Positions 11,774 through 23,700 of a stretch of 64,000 nt of DNA are shown here, piece by piece. Each line of letters starts with the position of its first letter. Position 1 is the first letter of the stretch. The notes under the pieces were generated by a model. That model saw only the letters and a list, made by a program, of their open reading frames with translations. It made no database searches and was not told where the DNA came from. The position numbers and the translations under genes are program-made. Source of the DNA: Eledone cirrhosa (Eukaryota); NCBI GenBank assembly GCA_964016885.1, contig OZ024741.1, positions 134,292,001 to 134,356,000 on the forward strand, in the 5' to 3' direction.

Positions 11774-13098
11774 CATCATCATCAGCATCGTTTAGCATGG
11801 GTTTAGACGGGCATTGTCCCACTTGAAGCAAGATTGGTTGTCTCACTCGTATAGGACTGTCTGGCAGGTTTTCTACGGCTGGATGCCTTTCCTAACACTA
11901 ACCACATTTACAGTGTGGACTGGGAGGTTTTTACCATGTTACCTACACGGCCACATTACAGCGTGGACTGGGTTTTAATCTCGTGACACCTACACGACCT
12001 CATTTATTTTGGACTGGATGTTGTGGTACCAACAAAACTTTACAGAGAGAGGGTGGTGTTGGTGGGAGTGGGGGTGGAGTAGGGGTAGTGGGATGGGGGT
12101 GTATATTTGCTTAAGAGGTGCCTACTGACTGTAGGTTTCGCTATGTACATAGGCAAAGCGGGTCTTCTGTATTACTGCGTAGCGCCAAAGATCTCGGTCC
12201 AGTGACATTGTCTTAGAGAGGTGCAAGTGTGTAAGGTCGGAATTTATCAAATCGTTCCAGGTTTTTCTGGGTCTACCTACTCCGTAACTTCCATCAATTT
12301 TGATCGCCCTGCACTTTATTATACCGCTGTCGTCTTTCATGCGCATCACGTGACCATACCAACGTAGTCTTCTCTCGAGTAAACAGCATCTGATCCCTCT
12401 TATTCCTAATTTCTCACTTAATTCATTAATGATTTGCCGTCCGCGTATATTACTATTAGACATCCAACGGAGCATGCATGCTTCGTTCCTCTCCAGTCTG
12501 CGCAGGACCTCTGCACACTATGTCCATGTCTCACTGCCATGTAGCATTGCTGTTCATATGCAGGCATCATACAGTCTACCTTTCATTTTTAGAGAGAAAC
12601 CTTTAGTGGCCAATAGTGGTATAAGCTCTCTGAACTTTTTCCATCCCGTTCTGACTGGCTACTGTACTTTCAGAATAACAGAAGGTGTCCACTATTTCTA
12701 TGGAACCATCTGGGCAATAGAAGGAGCTAGTATCCTGTGGGCACTTGCTACTTATTGCATCTGAGCATCGGCCACATATAAAATCTGTTCTTAGATAGCT
12801 TTCCTGTAATCCCACATCTTTTATGCACCCATAGTTTGCATTTGAGACATAAAATGGAATTTCTGCCTACTCCTTTCCTACACACTGAGCATGGCCATTT
12901 CCCAGAGGGGACCTGTGCCCTATTTTCCTTTCTACATACTAGAACTTTAGTCTCAGACGAAGTTAACTTTAAGGCCTTTTGATTCTAGGCCATGCTTCCA
13001 TCGTTGGAATTACTTCTGTAGTTCAGCTATGAGAGTTAGATTATCAGCGTATAGAAGTTCCCATGGGCAGCCGATCTTGAACTCCTCTGTTATAGCAC
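11774..13098 (-). mobile_element. 5'-truncated RTE-clade LINE copy with 13-bp target-site duplication
   Basis: Degenerate RT C-terminal coding sequence (ITEEFKIGCPWELLYADNL...RRLRWYGHVMRM...GRPRKTW), 3' UTR and (GAT)n tail. TSD CACTACCACCATT at 11761-11773 and 13099-13111. Confidence 0.9.
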
Positions 13099-13461
13099 CA
13101 CTACCACCATTACTACATCTACAGCAGGTACTACTACCACTACTACCACCACATCTTCCACTATCACCACAACCATACAATCACCACCATTACTGTTACT
13201 ACTACTACCATGCCATCACCACCATTACTGTTACTACTACCACTACCAGTACCACAACTAAACATGTGCACACACAAATTTTACAATGCTCCCTTAATGC
13301 AAGATTCCTGCTATCTACAGTAATTCGAGATATATAGTAGAGATTTATCTTTGATATCACAAGCCAAGAGTGGGAGGAAGTTTCTATGTTATTGTTTATG
13401 TTAGAAATAGTAATCAAATTGCCCTTACATCACATGCTAGTGCCTCACATTATTAGGCCTC

Positions 13462-13545
<84 letters not shown>

Positions 13546-13658
13546 ACCAGTGCTTTGAGAAAACAACACCAAACTTCAGTACTGGGCATATTAAAAAATC
13601 GAAATAACAGAAGTAAACTTTATTCCATCATTATGTTTTTCTGTTTTTTCTGTTCAAA

Positions 13659-13723
13659 TTCTAACTGCCTGAGGAGGTTATAGCTGTTGCAGAAGTTATC
13701 ACCGAAATATATATAACAGTGAA
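13659..13723 (+). ncRNA. Type I hammerhead ribozyme (Penelope/retrozyme-type), one mismatch in stem I
   Basis: ACTGC-CTGAGGA-[GGTTATAGCT..AGTTATCACC stem II]-GAAA-TATATA-TA-ACAGT. Both core boxes are intact, stem III is palindromic, and stem I is ACTG/CAGT. Confidence 0.65.
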
Positions 13724-13874
13724 TAGGATTAAACAAAGTTAATTTTAACCTGTTGACTTACACTTCTTGTTTATATGAGATGGCAACGTGAATAGACCTG
13801 TTATTTTTCTCTAAAAACATTTTTTTCCAATTCCACCCCACCCATCCCTTCAGTCTATCTAATTTCTCATTCTT

Positions 13875-13910
13875 TCTTCTGATGATGGACTACCGTCCAA
13901 AACGTTAAGA
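13875..13910 (+). ncRNA. Degenerate minimal hammerhead ribozyme (GAAA box mutated)
   Basis: TCTT-CTGATGA-TGGAC TACC GTCC-AAAAC-GTT-AAGA. Stems I and II pair, but the conserved G of GAAA reads A. Confidence 0.45.
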
Positions 13911-13975
13911 CCCTCTTCCTGCTATTTCAAGCGTTAACCTAATTGTTGTTATTTCTGTTTACCTTTTACATACAT

Positions 13976-14052
<77 letters not shown>

Positions 14053-14559
14053 TTTCAAATAATGTCCTGCACAGTTAAGATATTATAAAATTTATTTTTT
14101 TTAAAGTGAGTGGAGATAATGGAAAAACAGATGAAAGCCCGGAGAGTCCCTTCTCAGCAGTCAAACTAGAAGGAACTATCCATTGTTTCATCCGTTTTTC
14201 AACTTTTTTTTTAATTAATCATATATATATGTGTGTGTGTGTGTGTATGTATACGTATATACATAAGGCTTATCTTTAAGATTTAAGATTTTGTCACAAA
14301 ATTCCATCTCCAGAAACTACTTTACAGTAAAGATAAACCAGCTGACAAGATAAGTTCCCAAAAATTATCATTTGAAACCCTTCATGTATCTGTTGTGCAT
14401 GTGTGTTGGTAGATGGGTGTAAGTTTAGGCTGGATAGATCTAATGGAAGATAGTGAGACATCACACACACATACAACTACTGTAATACTTATTATCATCA
14501 ACAATATCATCTATGTAAATATCTATGCATACATCAAGCATTTATAAAAATGTATATCT

Positions 14560-14748
14560 CTATAGTACAGTACCCTACATAGTATATGTCACTATAGTAC
14601 AGTACATTACATAGTATATGTCAGTATAGTATAGTACCCTACATAGTATATATCACTATAGTACAGTACCCTACATAGTATATGTCAGTATAGTACATAA
14701 CCCTACACAGTATGTCATTATAGTACAGTACCCTACATTAATAGTACA
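14560..14748. repeat. ~31-32-bp minisatellite (TATAGTACAGTACCCTACATAGTATATGTCAC-like) abutting the large satellite
   Basis: About six visible units. Confidence 0.8.
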
Positions 14749-14798
14749 AAACAATTCAAAAGTAAGATCAACGTTATTTGACATCTGCCATCCATGCC

Positions 14799-17700
14799 GG
14801 CATGGGTTGGACAGGTTATCATAGTCCAAAGCTAGACAGTTCAGAGAGACCAGATCTAGCATGGGTTGGACAGGTTATCATAGTCCAAAGCTAGACAAGC
14901 CAGAGAGACCTGATCTGGCATGGGTTGGACAGGCTGTCATAGTCCAAAGCTAGACAGTTCAGAGAGACCTGATCTGGCATGGGTTGGACAGGTTATCATA
15001 GTCCAAAGCTAGACAAGCCAGAGAGACCTGATCTGGCATGGGTTGGACAGGCTGTCATAGTCCAAAGCTAGACAGTTCAGAGAGACCTGAGCTGGCATGG
15101 GTTGGACAGGTTATCATAGTCCGAAGCTAGACAGTTCAGAGAGACCTGATCTGGCATGGGTTGGACAGGTTGTCATAGTCCAAAGCTAGACAAGCCAGAG
15201 AGACCTGATCTGGCATGGGTTGGACAGGCTGTCATAGTCCAAAGCTAGACAAGCCAGAGAGACCTGATCTGGCATGGGTTGGACAGGTTGTCATAGTCCA
15301 AAGCTAGACAAGCCAGAGAGACCTGATCTGGCATGGGTTGGACAGGTTGTCATAGTCCAAAGCTAGACAGTTCAGAGAGACCTGAGCTGGCATGGGTTGG
15401 ACAGGTTGTCATAGTCCAAAGCTAGACAGTTCAGAGAGACCTGATCTGGCATGGGTTGGACAGGTTGTCATAGTCCAAAGCTAGACAAGCCAGAGAGACC
15501 TGATCTGGCATGGGTTGGACAGGTTGTCATAGTCCAAAGCTAGACAAGCCAGAGAGACCTAATCTGGCATGGGTTGGACAGGTTGTCATAGTCCAAAGCT
15601 AGACAGTTCAGAGAGACCTGATCTGGCATGGGCTGGACAGGTTGTCATAGTCCAAAGCTAGACAGTTCAGAGAGACTTGATCTGGCATGGGTTGGACAGG
15701 TTGTCATAGTCCAAAGCTAGACAGTTCAGAGAGACCTGATCTGGCATGGGTTGGACAGGCTGTCATAGTCCAAAGCTAGACAGTTCAGAGAGAACTGATC
15801 TGGCATGGGTTGGACAGGTTGTCATAGTCCAAAGCTAGAGAAGCCAGAGAGACCTGATCTGGCATGGGTTGGACAGGTTGTCATAGTCCAAAGCTAGACA
15901 GTTCAGAGAGACCTGATCTGGCATGGGTTGGACAGGTTGTCATAGTCCAAAGCTAGACAGTTCAGAGAGACCTGATCTGGCATGGGTTGGACAGGTTGTC
16001 ATAGTTCAAAGCTAGACAGTTCAGAGAGACCTGATCTGGCATGGGTTGGACAGGCTGTCATAGTCCAAAGCTAGACAGTTCAGAGAGAACTGATCTGGCA
16101 TGGGTTGGACAGGCTGTCATAGTCCAAAGCTAGACAGTTCAGAGAGACCTGATCTGGCATGGGTCGGACAGGCTGTCATAGTCCAAAGCTAGACAGTTCA
16201 GAGAGACCTGATCTGGCATGGGTTGGACAGGTTGTCATAGTCCAAAGCTAGACAGTTCAGAGAGACCTGATCTGGCATGGGTTGGACAGGTTGTCATAGT
16301 CCAAAGCTAGACAAGACAGAGAGAACTGATCTGGCATGGGTTGGACAGGTTGTCATAGTCCAAAGCTAGACAGTTCAGAGAGAACTGATCTGGCATGGGT
16401 TGGACAGGTTGTCATAGTCCAAAGCTAGACAAGCCAGAGAGAACTGATCTGGCATGGGTTGGACAGGTTGTCATAGTCCAAAGCTAGACAGTTCAGAGAG
16501 AACTGATCTGGCATGGGTTGCACAGGTTGTCATAGTCCAAAGCTAGACAAGCCAGAGAGACCTGATCTGGCATGGGTTGGACAGGTTGTCATAGTCCAAA
16601 GCTAGAAAGTTCAGAGAGACCTGAGCTGGCATGGGTTGGACAGGTTGTCATAGTCCAAAGCTAGACAGTTCAGAGAGACCTGATCTGGCATGTGTTGGAC
16701 AGGTTGTCATAGTCCAAAGCTAGACAGTTCAGAGAGACCTGATCTGGCATGGGTTGGACAGGCTGTCATAGTCCAAAGCTAGACAGTTCAGAGAGAACTG
16801 ATCTGGCATGGGTTGGACAGGCTGTCATAGTCCAAAGCTAGACAGTTCAGAGAGACCTGATCTGGCATGGGTTGGACAGGCTGTCATAGTCCAAAGCTAG
16901 ACAGTTCAGAGAGACCTGATCTGGCATGGGTTGGACAGGTTGTCATAGTCCAAAGCTAGACAAGCCAGAGAGAACTGATCTGGCATGGGTTGGACAGGTT
17001 GTCATAGTCCAAAGCTAGACAGTTCAGAGAGACCTGAGCTGGCATGGGTTGGACAGGTTGTCATAGTCCAAAGCTAGACAGTTCAGAGAGACCTGAGCTG
17101 GCATGGGTTGGACAGGTTGTCATAGTCCAAAGCTAGACAGTTCAGAGAGAACTGATCTGGCATGGGTTGGACAGGTTGTCATAGTCCAAAGCTAGACAAG
17201 CCAGAGAGAACTGATCTGGCATGGGTTGGACAGGTTGTCATAGTCCAAAGCTAGACAAGCCAGAGAGAACTGATCTGGCATGGGTTGGACAGGTTGTCAT
17301 AGTCCAAAGCTAGACAGTTCAGAGAGACCTGATCTGGCATGGGTTGGACAGGTTGTCATAGTCCAAAGCTAGACAAGCCAGAGAGAACTTATCTGGCATG
17401 GGTTGGACAGGTTGTCATAGTCCAAAGCTAGACAGTTCAGAGAGAACTGATCTGGCATGGGTTGGACAGGTTGTCATAGTCCAAAGCTAGACAAGCCAGA
17501 GAGACCTGATCTGGCATGGGTTGGACAGGTTGTCATAGTCCAAAGCTAGAAAGTTCAGAGAGACCTGAGCTGGCATGGGTTGGACAGGTTGTCATAGTCC
17601 AAAGATAGACAGTTCAGAGAGACCTGATCTGGCATGGGTTGGACAGGTTGTCATAGTCCAAAGCTAGACAAGCCAGAGAGACCTGATCTGGCATGGGTTG

Positions 17701-20700
17701 GACAGGTTGTCATAGTCCAAAGCTAGACAAGCCAGAGAGACCTGATCTGGCATGGGTTGGACAGGTTGTCATAGTCCAAAGCTAGACAGTTCAGAGAGAC
17801 CTGATCTGGCATGGGTTGGACAGGTTGTCATAGTACAAAGCTAGACAGTTCAGAGAGACCTGATCTGGCATGGGTTGGACAGGTTGTCATAGTCCAAAGC
17901 TAGACAGTTCAGAGAGACCTGATCTGGCATGGGTTGGACAGGCTGTCATAGTCCAAAGCTAGACAGTTCAGAGAGAAGTGATCTGGCATGGGTTGGACAG
18001 GTTGTCATAGTCCAAAGCTAGACAAGCCAGAGAGACCTGATCTGGCATGGGTTGGACAGGTTGTCATAGTCCAAAGCTAGACAGTTCAGAGAGACCTGAT
18101 CTGGCATGGGTTGCACAGGTTGTCATAGTCCAAAGCTAGACAGTTCAGAGAGACCTGATCTGGCATGGGTTGGACAGGTTGTCATAGTCCAAAGCTAGAC
18201 AGTTCAGAGAGACCTGATCTGGCATGGGTTGGACAGGCTGCCATAGTCCAAAGCTAGACAGTTCAGAGAGAACTGATCTGGCATGGGTTGGACAGGTTGT
18301 CATAGTCCAAAGCTAGACAAGCCAGAGAGACCTGATCTGGCATGGGTTGGACAGGCTGTCATAGTCCAAAGCTAGACAGTTCAGAGAGACCTGATATGGC
18401 ATGGGTTGGACAGGCTGTCATAGTCCAAAGCTAGACAGTTCAGAGAGACCTGATCTGGCATGGGTTGGACAGGTTGTCATAGTCCAAAGCTAGACAGTTC
18501 AGAGAGACCTGATCTGGCATGGGTTGGACAGGTTGTCATAGTCCAAAGCTAGACAAGCCAGAGAGAACTGATCTGGCATGGGTTGGACAGGTTGTCATAG
18601 TCCAAAGCTAGACAGTTCAGAGAGAACTGATCTGGCATGGGTTGGACAGGTTGTCATAGTCCAAAGCTAGACAAGCCAGAGAGAACTGATCTGGCATGGG
18701 TTGGACAGGTTGTCATAGTCCAAAGCTAGACAGTTCAGAGAGACCTGATCTGGCATGGGTTGGACAGGTTGTCATAGTCCAAAGCTAGACAAGCCAGAGA
18801 GACCTGATCTGGCATGGGTTGGACAGGTTGTCATAGTCCAAAGCTAGACAGTTCAGAGAGAACTGATCTGGCATGGGTTGGACAGGTTGTCATAGTCCAA
18901 AGCTAGACAAGCCAGAGAGACCTGATCTGGCATGGGTTGGACAGGTTGTCATAGTCCAAAGCTAGACAGTTCAGAGAGACCTGATCTGGCATGGGTTGGA
19001 CAGGCTGTCATAGTCCAAAGCTAGACAGTTCAGAGAGAACTGATCTGGCATGGGTTGGACAGGCTGTCATAGTCCAGAGCTAGACAGTTCAGAGAGAACT
19101 GATCTGGCATGGGTTGGACAGGTTGTCGAGTCCAAAGCTAGACAAGCCAGAGAGACCTGATCTGGCATGGGTTGGACAGGCTGTCATAGTCCAAAGCTAG
19201 ACAGTTCAGAGAGACCTGATCTGGCATGGGTTGGACAGGTTGTCATAGTCCAAAGCTAGACAGTTCAGAGAGAGCTGATCTGGCATGGGTTGGACAGGTT
19301 GTCATAGTCCAAAGCTAGACAGTTCAGAGAGACCTGATCTGGCATGGGTTGGACAGGTTGTCATAGTCCAAAGCTAGACAGTTCAGAGAGACCTGATCTG
19401 GCATGGGTTGGACAGGCTGTCATAGTCCAAAGCTAGACAGTTCAGAGAGAACTGATCTGGCATGGGTTGGACAGGCTGTCATAGTCCAAAGCTAGACAGT
19501 TCAGAGAGAACTGATCTGGCATGGGTTGGACAGGTTGTCATAGTCCAAAGCTAGACAAGCCAGAGAGACCTGATCTGGCATGGGTTGGACAGGTTGTCAT
19601 AGTCCAAAGCTAGACAGTTCAGAGAGACCTGATCTGGCATGGGTTGGACAGGTTGTCATAGTCCAAAGCTAGACAGTTCAGAGAGACCTGATCTGGCATG
19701 GGTTGGACAGGTTGTCATAGTCCAAAGCTAGACAGTTCAGAGAGACCTGATCTGGCATGGGTTGGACAGGTTGTCATAGTCCAAAGCTAGACAGTTCAGA
19801 GAGACCTGATCTGGCATGGGTTGGACAGGTTGTCATAGTCCAAAGCTAGACAGTTCAGAGAGACCTGAGCTGGCATGGGTTGGACAGGTTGTCATAGTCC
19901 AAAGCTAGACAGTTCAGAGAGACCTGATCTGGCATGGGTTGGACAGGTTGTCATAGTCCAAAGCTAGACAGTTCAGAGAGACCTGATCTGGCATGGGTTG
20001 GACAGGTTGTCATAGTCCAAAGCTAGACAGTTCAGAGAGACCTGATCTGGCATGGGTTGGACAGGCTGTCATAGTCCAAAGCTAGACAGTTCAGAGAGAC
20101 CTGATCTGGCATGGGTTGGACAGGTTGTCATAGTCCAAAGCTAGACAGTTCAGAGAGACCTGAGCTGGCATGGGTTGGACAGGTTGTCATAGTCCAAAGC
20201 TAGACAGTTCAGAGAGACCTGATCTGGCATGGGTTGGATAGGTTGTCATAGTCCAAAGCTAGACAGTTCAGAGAGACCTGATCTGGCATGGGTTGGACAG
20301 GTTGTCATAGTCCAAAGCTAGACAGTTCAGAGAGACCTGAGCTGGCATGGGTTGGACAGGTTGTCATAGTCCAAAGCTAGACAGTTCAGAGAGACCTGAT
20401 CTGGCATGGGTTGGACAGGTTGTCATAGTCCAAAGCTAGACAGTTCAGAGAGACCTGATCTGGCATGGGTTGGACAGGTTGTCATAGTCTAAAGCTAGAC
20501 AGTTCAGAGAGACCTGATCTGGCATGGGTTGGACAGGTTGTCATAGTCCAAAGCTAGACAAGCCAGAGAGACCTGATCTGGCATGGGTTGGACAGGTTGT
20601 CATAGTCCAAAGCTAGACAGTTCAGAGAGACCTGATCTGGCATGGGTTGGACAGGTTGTCATAGTCCAAAGCTAGACAGTTCAGAGAGACCTGATCTGGC

Positions 20701-23700
20701 ATGGGTTGGACAGGTTGTCATAGTCCAAAGCTAGACAGTTCAGAGAGACCTGATCTGGCATGGGTTGGACAGGTTGTCATAGTCCAAAGCTAGACAGTTC
20801 AGAGAGACCTGATCTGGCATGGGTTGGACAGGTTGTCATAGTACAAAGCTAGACAGTTCAGAGAGACCTGATCTGGCATGGGTTGGACAGGTTGTCATAG
20901 TACAAAGCTAGACAGTTCAGAGAGACCTGATCTGGCATGGGTTGGACAGGTTGTCATAGTCCAAAGCTAGACAGTTCAGAGAGACCTGATCTGGCATGGG
21001 TTGGACAGGCTGTCATAGTCCAAAGCTAGACAGTTCAGAGAGAAGTGATCTGGCATGGGTTGGACAGGTTGTCATAGTCCAAAGCTAGACAAGCCAGAGA
21101 GACCTGATCTGGCATGGGTTGGACAGGTTGTCATAGTCCAAAGCTAGACAGTTCAGAGAGACCTGATCTGGCATGGGTTGCACAGGTTGTCATAGTCCAA
21201 AGCTAGACAGTTCAGAGAGACCTGATCTGGCATGGGTTGGACAGGTTGTCATAGTCCAAAGCTAGACAGTTCAGAGAGACCTGATCTGGCATGGGTTGGA
21301 CAGGCTGCCATAGCCCAAAGCTAGACAGTTCAGAGAGAACTGATCTGGCATGGGTTGGACAGGTTGTCATAGTCCAAAGCTAGACAAGCCAGAGAGACCT
21401 GATCTGGCATGGGTTGGACAGGCTGTCATAGTCCAAAGCTAGACAGTTCAGAGAGACCTGATATGGCATGGGTTGGACAGGCTGTCATAGTCCAAAGCTA
21501 GACAGTTCAGAGAGACCTGATCTGGCATGGGTTGGACAGGTTGTCATAGTCCAAAGCTAGACAGTTCAGAGAGACCTGATCTGGCATGGGTTGGACAGGT
21601 TGTCATAGTCCAAAGCTAGACAAGCCAGAGAGAACTGATCTGGCATGGGTTGGACAGGTTGTCATAGTCCAAAGCTAGACAGTTCAGAGAGAACTGATCT
21701 GGCATGGGTTGGACAGGTTGTCATAGTCCAAAGCTAGACAAGCCAGAGAGAACTGATCTGGCATGGGTTGGACAGGTTGTCATAGTCCAAAGCTAGACAG
21801 TTCAGAGAGACCTGATCTGGCATGGGTTGGACAGGTTGTCATAGTCCAAAGCTAGACAAGCCAGAGAGACCTGATCTGGCATGGGTTGGACAGGTTGTCA
21901 TAGTCCAAAGCTAGACAGTTCAGAGAGAACTGATCTGGCATGGGTTGGACAGGTTGTCATAGTCCAAAGCTAGACAAGCCAGAGAGACCTGATCTGGCAT
22001 GGGTTGGACAGGTTGTCATAGTCCAAAGCTAGACAGTTCAGAGAGACCTGATCTGGCATGGGTTGGACAGGCTGTCATAGTCCAAAGCTAGACAGTTCAG
22101 AGAGAACTGATCTGGCATGGGTTGGACAGGCTGTCATAGTCCAGAGCTAGACAGTTCAGAGAGAACTGATCTGGCATGGGTTGGACAGGTTGTCGAGTCC
22201 AAAGCTAGACAAGCCAGAGAGACCTGATCTGGCATGGGTTGGACAGGCTGTCATAGTCCAAAGCTAGACAGTTCAGAGAGACCTGATCTGGCATGGGTTG
22301 GACAGGTTGTCATAGTCCAAAGCTAGGCAGTTCAGAGAGAGCTGATCTGGCATGGGTTGGACAGGTTGTCATAGTCCAAAGCTAGACAGTTCAGAGAGAC
22401 CTGATCTGGCATGGGTTGGACAGGTTGTCATAGTCCAAAGCTAGACAGTTCAGAGAGACCTGATCTGGCATGGGTTGGACAGGCTGTCATAGTCCAAAGC
22501 TAGACAGTTCAGAGAGAACTGATCTGGCATGGGTTGGACAGGCTGTCATAGTCCAAAGCTAGACAGTTCAGAGAGAACTGATCTGGCATGGGTTGGACAG
22601 GTTGTCATAGTCCAAAGCTAGACAAGCCAGAGAGACCTGATCTGGCATGGGTTGGACAGGTTGTCATAGTCCAAAGCTAGACAGTTCAGAGAGACCTGAT
22701 CTGGCATGGGTTGGACAGGTTGTCATAGTCCAAAGCTAGACAGTTCAGAGAGACCTGATCTGGCATGGGTTGGACAGGTTGTCATAGTCCAAAGCTAGAC
22801 AGTTCAGAGAGACCTGATCTGGCATGGGTTGGACAGGTTGTCATAGTCCAAAGCTAGACAGTTCAGAGAGACCTGATCTGGCATGGGTTGGACAGGTTGT
22901 CATAGTCCAAAGCTAGACAGTTCAGAGAGACCTGAGCTGGCATGGGTTGGACAGGTTGTCATAGTCCAAAGCTAGACAGTTCAGAGAGACCTGATCTGGC
23001 ATGGGTTGGACAGGTTGTCATAGTCCAAAGCTAGACAGTTCAGAGAGACCTGATCTGGCATGTGTTGGACAGGTTGTCATAGTCCAAAGCTAGACAGTTC
23101 AGAGAGACCTGATCTGGCATGGGTTGGACAGGCTGTCATAGTCCAAAGCTAGACAGTTCAGAGAGACCTGATCTGGCATGGGTTGGACAGGTTGTCATAG
23201 TCCAAAGCTAGACAGTTCAGAGAGACCTGAGCTGGCATGGGTTGGACAGGTTGTCATAGTCCAAAGCTAGACAGTTCAGAGAGACCTGATCTGGCATGGG
23301 TTGGATAGGTTGTCATAGTCCAAAGCTAGACAGTTCAGAGAGACCTGATCTGGCATGGGTTGGACAGGTTGTCATAGTCCAAAGCTAGACAGTTCAGAGA
23401 GACCTGAGCTGGCATGGGTTGGACAGGTTGTCATAGTCCAAAGCTAGACAGTTCAGAGAGACCTGATCTGGCATGGGTTGGACAGGTTGTCATAGTCCAA
23501 AGCTAGACAGTTCAGAGAGACCTGATCTGGCATGGGTTGGACAGGTTGTCATAGTCTAAAGCTAGACAGTTCAGAGAGACCTGATCTGGCATGGGTTGGA
23601 CAGGTTGTCATAGTCCAAAGCTAGACAAGCCAGAGAGACCTGATCTGGCATGGGTTGGACAGGTTGTCATAGTCCAAAGCTAGACAGTTCAGAGAGACCT

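Noticed and set aside
13547-13585. Short inverted repeat CCAGTGCT...AGTACTGG as another hammerhead
   Set aside because: The minus strand reads CTGAAGT rather than CTGANGA, and there is no properly placed GAAA.
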